Assembly (NCBI GenBank): GCA_044223005.1
Contig: JBGAML010000002.1
Location: forward strand, 256,001 to 320,000
DNA from: Candidatus Eiseniibacteriota bacterium
GTDB taxonomy: Bacteria; Eisenbacteria; RBG-16-71-46
Direction of reading: 5' to 3'
DNA: 64,000 bases
Shown here: one piece after another, positions 1-9,779 of the stretch
How positions within the stretch are numbered: the first letter of the stretch is position 1
Layout: each line of letters begins with the position of its first letter
The notes under the pieces: generated by a model
What the model saw: only the letters and a program-made list of their open reading frames with translations
Database searches by the model: none
What the model was told of the DNA's origin: nothing
Made by a program: the position numbers and the translations under genes

Positions 1-849
1 GTCGATGACCGGCGCGGCCGACACGGCGGCACCGATCGGCGGCAGGCCGAGTGCGTCACCGATCGTGCGCAGGATCCCGTAGTGCGTGACCGTCGCGGTG
101 CTCGCGTATCCCGTGCGCACGGTCGGTCCCGCGAACACGGTGAGGATGTGGTTTCCCGAGAGGTTGTTGTCCTCGTCCCACGTGAGGATCACGACGCCGT
201 TCGGGCCCACCGCCGAGATCATCGCGGGCAGGTTCGCGGCGAGCCACGCGTCACCCGTGGCGACGGCGCAGTCGTGCGTGTTGTCGCAGTTGTTCGGCAC
301 CACGAACGCCAGGTTGGGCAGCGTGTGCGCCGCGATGTCCACGGCGAGATCGGTGTAGGGCCGCTCGCGCGTGTGATCGAGGTTCGCGAAGTCCGTCCAC
401 GGGTCGTGCTTGCGCGTGTACGAGTTCCCGGCCGTCGCGCACACGGGGTCGCCGACGTTCGGCAGGCCCTCGGAATAGGCGCGCCACGAGCGGCCCGCCA
501 CCTCGCACGCGTGCCCGAGGTTCTCCGCCGAGTAGGGCGAACCGGGCGCGGGGCAGGCGTCGTTGACGACGCCGAGCGTGCTGCCCGCCCAGAGCGCGAT
601 GTAATTGGGCTGGGACGGGTGCGTGACCGCGAACGAGTTGGTGCAGGTGCTGTAGTTCGTGATCAGGGACGCCGTGTACGCGGCCGTCCGCACCTGGTCG
701 TAGCTCTTGTTCTCCATGATCACCACGATCACGTGATCGAGCGGCGGAACCTGCGCCCGGGCCCGAGCGGGGGTGATCAGCGCACCGGCGAGAAGCGCGC
801 CGAGCAGGAGGAGCCGCGAGACGGGACGGAAGGGGTTCATCGAGCGCAT
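1..849 (-). CDS. Secreted phosphoesterase / acid phosphatase family protein, 3' end runs off the window
   Basis: Translated by hand (not in the ORF track): signal peptide, then DHVIVVIMENKSY, THPSQPNYIAL, YTRKHDPW, PNNCDNTHD and ILTWDED motifs of the phosphoesterase family. No stop before base 1. Confidence 0.85.
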   Translation of the reverse strand, partial: MRSMNPFRPVSRLLLLGALLAGALITPARARAQVPPLDHVIVVIMENKSYDQVRTAAYTASLITNYSTCTNSFAVTHPSQPNYIALWAGSTLGVVNDACPAPGSPYSAENLGHACEVAGRSWRAYSEGLPNVGDPVCATAGNSYTRKHDPWTDFANLDHTRERPYTDLAVDIAAHTLPNLAFVVPNNCDNTHDCAVATGDAWLAANLPAMISAVGPNGVVILTWDEDNNLSGNHILTVFAGPTVRTGYASTATVTHYGILRTIGDALGLPPIGAAVSAAPVID

Positions 850-1182
850 GGGTGTCGAACCTCGCAGGGTGGCCCTGGGCGCCGGACCCGGCAGGATCCG
901 ATCACGCCAGCCGTGTGTGTGAACACGGAGTATGGGTGCCCCCGCGGCGGTCGTCCACTGCGCGGCGCGAGGCATCCGGCCGGAGTTGGCGCGAACGAGG
1001 GGCCCGCCATTCCGCGCCACGGGGCACGCTTCCGTCCCCGTGGACGGAGGGAGCGGCCCCCGGGTGTCGGGGTACGCCGCGGAAGCATGTCCGATTCGCC
1101 CCGGTTCCGTCGCGACAACGAGTCGGAGCGCCCTCACGCCAGCCGCGCCGCCCGCCCGCACCCGCCACTGGAGGAGCCCACC

Positions 1183-4100
1183 ATGTTCGGACGCCGAATC
1201 GTCACGCTCGTGCTCATGCTCCTGCCCCTCGCTGCGACCGCGGCCCCTGCGAGTGCGTTCGCCACGATGACGTTTCCCGAGCTGTTCAATCCTTACCCGG
1301 ACGACGGCGACGAGTTCGGCTCCACCGTGGTGGTGCTGGCGAACGGCAACGTGGTGGTCACGGCCCCCGGCGACGACGGGGTGGGAGCGAGCGCCGGGGC
1401 GGTCTATCTCTTCGACGGGACGACGGGAGCCCTGATCAGCGCCCTGAATGCCTCCTCGACGGGCGACTTCGTGGGCAGCAGCGTGATCACGCTCGCCAAC
1501 GGCAACTGGTTGCTCGTGTGTCCGAACTGGGACAACGGCGCTGCCATCGACGCGGGGGCCGTCGCGTGGGGCAGTGGAGCGACCGGCGTGAGCGGAACGC
1601 TCTCGGCCGCGACCGCCCTCGTCGGATCCACGGCTTCCGACCGTGTCGGCGAGGGAGGCGTGGCGACGCTCGCCAACGGTCACTACGTCGTGCGCAGCCC
1701 GAACTGGGACAACGGTGCACTCGCCAACGCGGGCGCGGTCACCTGGGGAAACGGCGTCACCGGCACCGTGGGCGCGGTGTCGGCCGCGAACAGCCTTGTG
1801 GGCGGGAGCGCGGCGGACAACGTCGGGGCGACGAGCCTCGTCGAACTGACCAACGGCAACTACGTCGTGTCGAGCGTGAACTGGCACAACGGGGCCAATC
1901 CACTGGCCGGCGCGGTGACGTGGTGCAGCGGCACCGCCGGACTGGCCGGAACGGTCTCGTCCGCCAACAGCCTCGTCGGCTCCGCGACGGGGAGTCTCGT
2001 GGGGGGCGGAGGCACGACGCCACTCGCGAACGGGAACTATGTCGTCGTCAGCGACAACTGGTCGAACGGCGCGGTCGCCGCGGTCGGCGCCGTGACCTGG
2101 TGCAACGGCGTCACGGGGCGGACGGGCATCGTGACGGCGGGCACCAGCCTCGTGGGAGGAACGGCATTCGACCAGGTGGGCAGCGACGGGGTCGTCGCGC
2201 TGCCGAACGGGCACTACGTCGTCCTGAGCCGCAACTGGGACAACCTCGCGGCCACCAACGCCGGTGCCGTGACGTGGTGCAACGGCACGACGGGGCGCGT
2301 CGGCACCGTCGCGGCCGCGAACAGCCTGGCCGGGAGCACGAACACGGACGTGGTCGGGAGCGGCGGGATCACCGTGCTCGCCAACGGGAACTACGTCGTC
2401 TCCAGCCCGGCATGGGACAACGGCGGTATCGCCGATGCCGGCGCCGTCACCTGGGCGAGCGGCACGACGGGGCGAGCCGGAGCGATCTCCTCGGCGAACA
2501 GTCTCGTCGGCTCGACAGCGTCGGATGCCGTGGGATCCGGTGGGATCTTCCCGCTGACGAATGGCCACTTCGTGGTCGCGAGCCCCAATTGGGACAACGG
2601 CGCACTCTCCAACGCCGGCGCCGCGACGTGGTGCAGCGGGACATCCGGGCGCATCGGTTCCTTGTCGACTGCGAACAGCCTCGTGGGCTCCAAGGCGTCC
2701 GACAACGTCGGAGGCGACGGCGTGCTCGCGCTCACGAACGGGAACTACGTAGTCCGCAGCCACAACTGGGACAGCGGCAGCACGGTCAACGCGGGGGCGG
2801 TGACGTGGGGCAGCGGCACCGCCGGTGTCAGCGGTGCGATCACCAGTGCGAACAGCTTCGTCGGATCGAGCCCGGGCGACAATGTCGGGCTCTCCGGCGT
2901 GATCGCGCTCACCAACGGCAACTACGTGGTTGCCTCTCCGTCGTGGGACGATGGCGGCCTTGCCAACGTGGGTGCGGTCACGTGGGGCAACGGCACGACG
3001 GGACTGGTCGGCACTCCGTCGGCGGCGAACAGCCTCGTCGGCGGAGCGAGCAACGACAACGTTGGCGCCCGCGACCCGGTGGCGCTGCCGAACGGCAACT
3101 ACGTCGTCTGCAGCGACCTCTGGTCCGCCGGCGGCGTGCCTTACGGAGGGGCGGTGACCTGGGGCGACGGTTTCACGGGAACCGCGGGCGCGGTCTCGGT
3201 CAACAACAGCCTCGTCGGCGGGACTTACCTGGATGTGGTCGGATCGGCGGGTATCACCGTGCTCGCCAACGGAAACTACGTCGTGCGTTCGACCGCCTGG
3301 GACTACGGTTCGGTCGTCGATGCCGGCGCCGTGACGTGGTGCGACGGCGCCCACGCGACGACGGGCCTGGTCGCTCCCTCCAACAGCCTCGTGGGCTCGA
3401 ACTTCGCCGACCGCGTCGGCAGCCAGGAGATCCTCCCGCTCGCGGATGGCAACTATGTCGTCCCGACCCCGAGCTGGGACCACGACGGCATCGCCGGCGC
3501 CGGTGCCCTCACCTGGTGCAGCGGGAGTACCGGCACCAGCGGCGCGGTGTCGGTGCTCAACAGCGTCTGCGGCTGGTCGGCGTCGACCAACATGCAGGAT
3601 CCGCTCGAGAACCCGGTCCACCACGCATTCGTCGCGGGCTTTCCCGCCGAGGGCGGCGGTCGCGTCCGCGTGGGACCGCTCGTCCCATTCGGGCTGGAGA
3701 CCGCGGCCGATGTTCCCAACGACCAGGGCGGCTGGCTGAACCTCACGTTCGACCGCTTCCCGGGCGACTTCGCCGGGTCCGTGCCCGTGATCGTGAACTA
3801 CGCGGTCTGGCGCCGCGTCCCGGGTTCGAGCGCCGCACGCGCCGCGCTCGCGAGCCCGGCGCCGAAGGGCGCGATCGCACCGGACGCCGCGGCGATCGAA
3901 CGGCTCCGCGCGCAGCTCCCGGCGGCCCTCGTGCCCAGCGTCGTGAACGGCGAGCTCGTCGTCACCTCGCCGCGCGAGCGGACCGTCTCGACCACCGGAG
4001 CGTTGCCGCCCGGGACGTGGGGGCTCGTCGCGAACGTGCCGGCGCTGCAGCAGGCGCAGTACCTGGCGATCGTGCCCACGGTCTCGAACGCGGCGGCGAA

Positions 4101-4749
4101 CGACTTCGTCGTCACCGCGCACACGACGACGCCCACGCTGTGGTTCGCCTCCGCGGTGCTCGCGGGACAGTCGATCGACAATCTCGCGCCGGCGCAGCCC
4201 GCGAACTTCGCGGGCGAGTATTCCGGCGGGCAGACGAACCTGCACTGGGACGCGAACACGGAGCACGATCTCGCCGGCTACCGGCTGCATCGCGGCACGT
4301 TCCCGGGCTTCGTCCCGTCCGCGGCCAACCTCATCGCGTCGCCGATCGCGCCCGGCGCCAGCGACCCGGGCGCCGCCGGCAACTTCTACAAGCTGGCGGC
4401 GATCGACGTGAACGGGAACCTGAGCCCGTTCGCGCTGCTGACCCCCGGGGGAACGTCGGATGCCGGCAACGGCAGCCCCGTCGCGTTCGCGCTCCACGGC
4501 GCGCGTCCCAATCCCGCGCTCGGCCGTGACCTGCGCGTGGCGTTCGACCTGCCGACCGACGCCCCCGCGCGCCTCGAGCTCATCGATGCGAGCGGTCGGC
4601 GCGTGCTCGCGCGCGACGTCGGCACGTTCGGCGCGGGCCGGCACGTGCTGGACCTGGCGCGCGAGCGGCGCGTGCCCGCGGGGATCTACTGGCTCCGCCT
4701 CGAGCAGGGGACGAGCCGCGCTCAGGCCCGGATCGCGGTCATCGAGTAG
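1183..4749 (+). CDS. Secreted repeat protein: about 13 DUF5650-like 59-aa repeats, conserved DQGG module, FN3-like domain, C-terminal T9SS/FlgD-like sorting domain
   Basis: GGAGGAG RBS before ATG 1183; signal peptide; repeats LxNGNYVVxSPxWDNG...AGAVTWxxG...SAANSLVG at a 177-nt period; ends RPNP...DASGRRV...GIYWLRL. Confidence 0.85.
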   Translation: MFGRRIVTLVLMLLPLAATAAPASAFATMTFPELFNPYPDDGDEFGSTVVVLANGNVVVTAPGDDGVGASAGAVYLFDGTTGALISALNASSTGDFVGSSVITLANGNWLLVCPNWDNGAAIDAGAVAWGSGATGVSGTLSAATALVGSTASDRVGEGGVATLANGHYVVRSPNWDNGALANAGAVTWGNGVTGTVGAVSAANSLVGGSAADNVGATSLVELTNGNYVVSSVNWHNGANPLAGAVTWCSGTAGLAGTVSSANSLVGSATGSLVGGGGTTPLANGNYVVVSDNWSNGAVAAVGAVTWCNGVTGRTGIVTAGTSLVGGTAFDQVGSDGVVALPNGHYVVLSRNWDNLAATNAGAVTWCNGTTGRVGTVAAANSLAGSTNTDVVGSGGITVLANGNYVVSSPAWDNGGIADAGAVTWASGTTGRAGAISSANSLVGSTASDAVGSGGIFPLTNGHFVVASPNWDNGALSNAGAATWCSGTSGRIGSLSTANSLVGSKASDNVGGDGVLALTNGNYVVRSHNWDSGSTVNAGAVTWGSGTAGVSGAITSANSFVGSSPGDNVGLSGVIALTNGNYVVASPSWDDGGLANVGAVTWGNGTTGLVGTPSAANSLVGGASNDNVGARDPVALPNGNYVVCSDLWSAGGVPYGGAVTWGDGFTGTAGAVSVNNSLVGGTYLDVVGSAGITVLANGNYVVRSTAWDYGSVVDAGAVTWCDGAHATTGLVAPSNSLVGSNFADRVGSQEILPLADGNYVVPTPSWDHDGIAGAGALTWCSGSTGTSGAVSVLNSVCGWSASTNMQDPLENPVHHAFVAGFPAEGGGRVRVGPLVPFGLETAADVPNDQGGWLNLTFDRFPGDFAGSVPVIVNYAVWRRVPGSSAARAALASPAPKGAIAPDAAAIERLRAQLPAALVPSVVNGELVVTSPRERTVSTTGALPPGTWGLVANVPALQQAQYLAIVPTVSNAAANDFVVTAHTTTPTLWFASAVLAGQSIDNLAPAQPANFAGEYSGGQTNLHWDANTEHDLAGYRLHRGTFPGFVPSAANLIASPIAPGASDPGAAGNFYKLAAIDVNGNLSPFALLTPGGTSDAGNGSPVAFALHGARPNPALGRDLRVAFDLPTDAPARLELIDASGRRVLARDVGTFGAGRHVLDLARERRVPAGIYWLRLEQGTSRAQARIAVIE

Positions 4750-4786
4750 CGGCTCGGTCCACGCGCCGGTGGCGCACCGGGGTCGC

Positions 4787-7700
4787 TCATTGGACCACGG
4801 CGACACGCGTGCTGCGCTGCTGCGTACCCTGCGTGAGTCGCACCCAGTAGATGCCCGCCGCGACGCGGCCGGTCTCGGCGAGGTCCACGACGTGCCGGCC
4901 GGCGCCCAGCGTTCCGACTTCGCGCGTGACGACGCGGCGTCCGCTGACGTCGAGCAGCTCGATCGTCGCGCGCGCATCGTCCGGCAGCGCGAACGCGACG
5001 TGCACGCCGAGGCCGCTCGCCGGGTTCGGGCGCACGCCTTCGAGCGCGAAGGCGACGGGCTCGCTGGCGACGTCCGTGGTGCCGGAGGGCGTCACCAGCG
5101 CGAAGGCGGATTCGTTCCCGTCCACGTCCACGGCACTCAGCTTGTACCAGTTGCCCGCGGGGCCGGCGTCCACGATCGATGTCGACGACTGCAGCGCCGA
5201 GATCCGGTTGGCGGGAGAGGGCGTGAACCCCGCGCTCGAGCCGCGGTAGACGTTGTAGCCCGCGAGGTCGGCCTCGACGTTGGCGTTCCACTGCAGATGG
5301 GTCGCACCGCTCGAGTACGCCGCGAGGGTGACGACCGGGGCTGCCGGCGCCACGTTGTCGACCGACTGGCCGGTCACCGACGGCGTGGTGAACCAGAAGG
5401 ACGGGTTCGACGTGTGCGCCGTGACCAGGAAGTCGTCGCTCGCGAGATTCGAGATCGTGGGTACCGCGACGGTGTACGTGTTCACCTGCATGGCCGGGAC
5501 CGTCGCCACGAGTTCCCACGTGCCCGGCGGCAGCGTGTTCGCCGGCAGCGCGACGCTGCGCGCAGGAACCGTCACCACCAGATGACCGTTCACGTCCTGC
5601 GTGCCGTAGCTCACGGGCAGGCTCGCCGCGACCTCGCGCAGCGCCCCCGCGGCGAGCCGCGGCGTGTTCGCGGCCGCCGAGGCGAGCGCGGGGGCGGTGC
5701 CCGGGACGTGGCGCCAGACGCCGTAGGTGAGGACCGTCGGGTTCGCCATGGGGTGGTCCAGGGACGAGCGCTCGAACGTGAGCCGCAGCCAGCCGCCCTG
5801 GTCCGCGGGAATGTCGGCGAGGCTCGCGACCTGGAAGAGCTTGTTGGGACCGACGCGTACCCAGCTGCTGGTCGAGTTCTGGAAGGACACGACGAACGTT
5901 CCGTTCACGGGGTCGCCCGCCAGGTCCGCGACGCTGGACGAGGCCGCGAATCCGACGACGCTGTTGTCCGTCGTGATCGCGCCGGCACCGCCCGCGGTGC
6001 CGGCGCCCGCCGTCACGGCGCCGACGTTGGTGAGAGCGCCGAAGTCCAGGCCGGACGTGAACGCCAGGTAGTTCCCGTTCGCATACGCCAAGAGGATCTG
6101 CCCGGCATAGTCCTGGGTGTGGGTGCCCACGAAGCTGTTGGCCGCATCGACGGTCCCGACGCGGCCCGTCACGCCGGAACACCAGGTCACCGCGCCGGCG
6201 TCGGTCAGGGCACCGTTGTCCCACCAGGGCGAGCTGGTCACGTAGTCGCCTCCCGGCAGCGCGATCACGGCAGTCCCGAGCTGGTCCGCGTACTGCGTCC
6301 CCACGAGGCTGTTCGCGCTCGTGATGGCGCCCGAGATCCCGGACGTCCCGCTGCCCCACGTGACCGCGCCCGCGGCCACGGCTGCACCATTGGACCAGTA
6401 GATGCTTCGCACGACGTAGTTGCCGTTGGCGAGCACGACGACTCGGCCGGAAAGATCGCCGACCAGGTCGTTCGCGTGCGAGCCGACCAGGCTGTTGGAG
6501 ATGTTGATCGGACCGACCACGCCGACCGACCCGAGGCCGAAGGTCACTGCACCGGCGTCGGCGTTCACCCCGTTGTCCCAGTTCGGGCTGGCGACGACGA
6601 AGTTGCCGTTCGGGAGCGGGAAGACGCCACCCGCACCGGCCCGGTCGCCCGCCGTGCTCCCGACCAGGCTGTTCGCGCCCGAGACGACGCCGGTGGTGCC
6701 GCTGACGCCGTTGATCCGGGTGACGGCTCCCGCGTCCACGATCGCGCCGTTGTCCCAGGAGCCCGCGACCGAGACGGCGTTCCCGTTCGCCAGCGCGACG
6801 AGCGAGGCGCCCACACCGTCGTTCGCCGCGGGTCCCACGATGCTGTTGGCGGCGCTCACCGTGCCGACGCGACCGGTGGTGCCGTTGCACCACGTCGCGG
6901 CCCCCGCATTGGTGGCGGCGCCGTTGTCCCAGGCGGGACTGCCGACGACGTAGTTGCCGTTCGTGAGCGCGATCCCGTTGTTGCCGACGCTGGCGGCCGA
7001 TGCGGCGCCGTAGAGGCTGTTCGTGGTGGAGACCGCTCCCGTCACCCCGGTCGTGCCACTGCCCCACGTGGCGGCACCGGCGTCGGGGAAGGCGGCCGTG
7101 TTGTTCCAGCCCGGGCTCAGGACCACGTAGTTGCCGTTGGTGAGGGCGAGGACGCCGGAACTGCCCACCTGGTCGCTGGCCGACGAACCCACCAGGCTGT
7201 TCGCCGCGCTGACCGCGCCGACGGTACCGGTGGGCGAGCCGAAGGTGACGGCGCCAACGTCGGTCGTCGCGCCGTTGTCCCAACTCGGGCTCAGCACGAC
7301 GTAGGCACCGTTCGTCAGCGCGAACACGTTCTCGCCGACCTTGTTGCCGCTCGCCGTGCCCACGATCGCGTTGGCCGCCGAAAGCGTGCCCGTCGAGCCG
7401 AAGGTGCCGTTGCTCCAGCGGGCCGCGCCCGCATCGACGGCGGCGCCGTTGTCCCACCCCGAGGCGTAGACCACGTAGTTCCCGTTCGTGAGCGCGACGA
7501 CCCGTTCGCCCACGAAGTCGTTGGCCGTCGAGCCGACGATGCTGTTCGACGCACTGACGGCCGCCGCGGACGCGGGGCCCGAGTTGCCGTTGAACCACGT
7601 CGCGGCACCCGCGGACGCGGCCGTTCCCGACCAGTCCGGACTCCGGACGACGTAGTTGCCGTTCGTGAGCACCGTCACGCCGCCCGAGCCCACCCGGTCG

Positions 7701-8170
7701 CCGGCGGTGGTGCCGTAGTAGTCGCCCCCGGAGCCCGCGACCAGGCCCGCGAATCCCGTCGTGCCGCTGCCCCAGCTCACCACGCCGGTGTTCGAGATGC
7801 TGGAGATGTCGGCGTCCGGGCTGCACACGACGAAGTTCCCGGCGCCGACCACGTAGACGCCGCCGCTCCCGATGTGATCCTCCGCATGCGTGCCGATCAT
7901 CTTGTCGATCAGCTCGCCGGTCGCGCCGTTGAAAAGGTAGACGGCCCCGGCGTTCGTTCCCCCGGCGTCGTCCATCGGAGCCGTCACGACGACGTTGCCC
8001 GTGGAGAGCGGCCGGATGGAGATGCCGAACTGGTTCCCGGGCGACGGATTCGGATCGACGAACCCGGGAAAGTTCGCGTACGTGAGCGCGGCGCGCGCGG
8101 GGGCGCTGCCGGCGAGCGCGAGGGTGAGGAGGATCGGGACGAGGCGGCGCATGGGGCGGTTCATGGGCAT
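4787..8170 (-). CDS. Paralogous secreted DUF5650-like repeat protein (about 12 repeats) with C-terminal sorting domain
   Basis: GGAG RBS before ATG 8170; same repeat, same DIPADQGGWL module and same CTD as 1183..4749. Confidence 0.85.
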   Translation of the reverse strand: MPMNRPMRRLVPILLTLALAGSAPARAALTYANFPGFVDPNPSPGNQFGISIRPLSTGNVVVTAPMDDAGGTNAGAVYLFNGATGELIDKMIGTHAEDHIGSGGVYVVGAGNFVVCSPDADISSISNTGVVSWGSGTTGFAGLVAGSGGDYYGTTAGDRVGSGGVTVLTNGNYVVRSPDWSGTAASAGAATWFNGNSGPASAAAVSASNSIVGSTANDFVGERVVALTNGNYVVYASGWDNGAAVDAGAARWSNGTFGSTGTLSAANAIVGTASGNKVGENVFALTNGAYVVLSPSWDNGATTDVGAVTFGSPTGTVGAVSAANSLVGSSASDQVGSSGVLALTNGNYVVLSPGWNNTAAFPDAGAATWGSGTTGVTGAVSTTNSLYGAASAASVGNNGIALTNGNYVVGSPAWDNGAATNAGAATWCNGTTGRVGTVSAANSIVGPAANDGVGASLVALANGNAVSVAGSWDNGAIVDAGAVTRINGVSGTTGVVSGANSLVGSTAGDRAGAGGVFPLPNGNFVVASPNWDNGVNADAGAVTFGLGSVGVVGPINISNSLVGSHANDLVGDLSGRVVVLANGNYVVRSIYWSNGAAVAAGAVTWGSGTSGISGAITSANSLVGTQYADQLGTAVIALPGGDYVTSSPWWDNGALTDAGAVTWCSGVTGRVGTVDAANSFVGTHTQDYAGQILLAYANGNYLAFTSGLDFGALTNVGAVTAGAGTAGGAGAITTDNSVVGFAASSSVADLAGDPVNGTFVVSFQNSTSSWVRVGPNKLFQVASLADIPADQGGWLRLTFERSSLDHPMANPTVLTYGVWRHVPGTAPALASAAANTPRLAAGALREVAASLPVSYGTQDVNGHLVVTVPARSVALPANTLPPGTWELVATVPAMQVNTYTVAVPTISNLASDDFLVTAHTSNPSFWFTTPSVTGQSVDNVAPAAPVVTLAAYSSGATHLQWNANVEADLAGYNVYRGSSAGFTPSPANRISALQSSTSIVDAGPAGNWYKLSAVDVDGNESAFALVTPSGTTDVASEPVAFALEGVRPNPASGLGVHVAFALPDDARATIELLDVSGRRVVTREVGTLGAGRHVVDLAETGRVAAGIYWVRLTQGTQQRSTRVAVVQ

Positions 8171-8495
8171 GGCGGTCTCCGGTCGGCCTCCACGTCGCGA
8201 ATCGTTCCGAAGAGTGCGATCGGGCGCACCACGGCCGCGACGTCGGGTGGGCCGCAGACTAACGCGAGCGGTGTGCGAACACGTAGACGTACAGGGACGT
8301 GCCACGCAACCGTGCCGAGGGCAGGCGAGAGCCGACTCCAAGCGCGCTGCGAGATCGCACTTTCGGGTGCGTTCGAACCGACCGGACGTAATCCGCTGGC
8401 CCCATGGCACTTCCGTGGCCTGTGGATCTCTGGACGGACCCTCCGGGTAGGACCGGACATCGATCAGGTCACGCTCCCCGGCAAAGGAGGTCCAG

Positions 8496-9068
8496 ATGAG
8501 AAGCACCCGCTCGTGGATCCACCTGCCGCGAACGTTCGCGCTGCCGGCCGCCGCGATCGCACTGCTGCTCGCCGTCCCGCCGCCGCGTGCGCACGGCGCC
8601 GAGCTGATCCCGTCACTCGGCATCACGCGCAACGTGCACGGGAACGGCGACGCGAAGCTGCTCACGGGGCTCGCGCTGCGGGACGCGCTCGCGCCCGCGC
8701 TCACCGGCGAGATCGCGGTGGCGTACCGCAACGACGATCGCTTCGGCGACCAGCTGCACGTGCGCACGTGGCCGGTCACGGCGTCGCTCTACCTGACGCC
8801 GGTGCCCGCGCTCTATGCCGGCGCGGGCGTGGGCTGGTACCACACGACGTTCGACTACGCGAACTCGCTGCCCGGGCTCGCGGACGAGACGAAACAGGAC
8901 TTCGGCGTGCACGTGGGCGGTGGCCTGCAGATCCCGCTCGGTGGTGCCGCCGGACTCGACCTGAATGGGCGCTACGTGATGCTGCGCCCGCAGGAGAGCC
9001 GGCTCGTGCCGGAGAAGTTCGACCCGGACTACTGGACCACGTCGCTCGGTCTCGTGATCAAGCTCTGA
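8496..9068 (+). CDS. Outer-membrane beta-barrel protein (small, OmpA/OmpW-like)
   Basis: AAGGAGG RBS; signal peptide; amphipathic strands, LYAGAGVGW, FGVHVGGGLQIP, terminal strand SLGLVIKL. Confidence 0.75.
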   Translation: MRSTRSWIHLPRTFALPAAAIALLLAVPPPRAHGAELIPSLGITRNVHGNGDAKLLTGLALRDALAPALTGEIAVAYRNDDRFGDQLHVRTWPVTASLYLTPVPALYAGAGVGWYHTTFDYANSLPGLADETKQDFGVHVGGGLQIPLGGAAGLDLNGRYVMLRPQESRLVPEKFDPDYWTTSLGLVIKL

Positions 9069-9180
9069 AGCCCGATCGCCGCGCGCGGGACGTTCCGCAC
9101 GTTCTCCCGATCCGACTCTCCGATGTGCTGCCACCCGCGGATTTCCACGGCCGCGTGACGAACCTCACTCGGGAGGCACC

Positions 9181-9705
9181 ATGCACACGACCTCATCGCA
9201 TTCGCGGCCGCTCACGCTGCTCGCGCTCGCCATCCTCCTCGGCATGGCGCTCGCGGCGGCACTCCTGCTCTGGCCGGTACCCGCGCACGGCTACGGGCTG
9301 ACCGGAGTGGGCGGCAGTCTCGGCTACGCGACCCCGCAGGACCTCGACGGCACGGCGGCCGTCGGGGTGCACGCCGTGCTCGAGCAGAGCGGCACCCGGC
9401 TGCACCTCGATCCCAACATGCGCTACTGGAATGTCGACGGCATGCGTGACTTCGCGCCCAACATGGACGTCACGTACCACTTCGGGCGCGATAACGAGCC
9501 GTCGCCGTACGTGGGTGGCGGGCTCGGCGTGCACTTCCTGCACGACCGGCGCTTCGATCGCAGCGAGAACGACCTCGGCGTGAACGCGATCGCGGGGGTG
9601 CGGTTCCCGACCGCGTCGGGGCGCGCCTTCGTGGAGGGGCGCTTCACCGCGAGCGACATGAACCAGGTCGCGCTGGCGACCGGCATCACGTTCGGCACCC
9701 GCTGA
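9181..9705 (+). CDS. Outer-membrane beta-barrel protein
   Basis: GGAGG RBS; signal peptide; SPYVGGGLGVHF, GVNAIAGVRF, terminal GITF strand. Confidence 0.75.
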   Translation: MHTTSSHSRPLTLLALAILLGMALAAALLLWPVPAHGYGLTGVGGSLGYATPQDLDGTAAVGVHAVLEQSGTRLHLDPNMRYWNVDGMRDFAPNMDVTYHFGRDNEPSPYVGGGLGVHFLHDRRFDRSENDLGVNAIAGVRFPTASGRAFVEGRFTASDMNQVALATGITFGTR

Positions 9706-9737
9706 CGTCGAGTGGCGAGGCGCCGGCGGAAATGCGG

Positions 9738-9765
9738 CGGGCGGGTGGCTCGCGCCACCCGCCCG
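9738..9765. terminator. Hairpin between convergent genes, probable terminator
   Basis: Perfect 12-bp stem CGGGCGGGTGGC / GCCACCCGCCCG with a 4-nt loop; weak U tract. Confidence 0.55.
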
Positions 9766-9779
9766 TTCGCATGGAGGTG

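Noticed and set aside
82..1182. N-terminal extensions of ORF-track calls (for example 82, 12048, 27981, 31338, 35539)
   Set aside because: They overlap genes on the other strand or in another frame; an RBS and a signal peptide or domain start mark later true starts.
1490..3560. Regular 177-nt periodicity resembling a DNA repeat array or CRISPR
   Set aside because: The repeats are in frame, degenerate at third codon positions and encode protein repeats; there is no constant repeat with unique spacers and no cas gene.
4460..9301. Very long alternative ORFs (for example 4460..9301 +, 852..4529 +, 15714..19187 -, 49018..52209 -, 55389..60404 -)
   Set aside because: Arg/Ala/Gly-rich shadow frames of real genes, expected when high GC depletes stop codons; no motifs or RBS.
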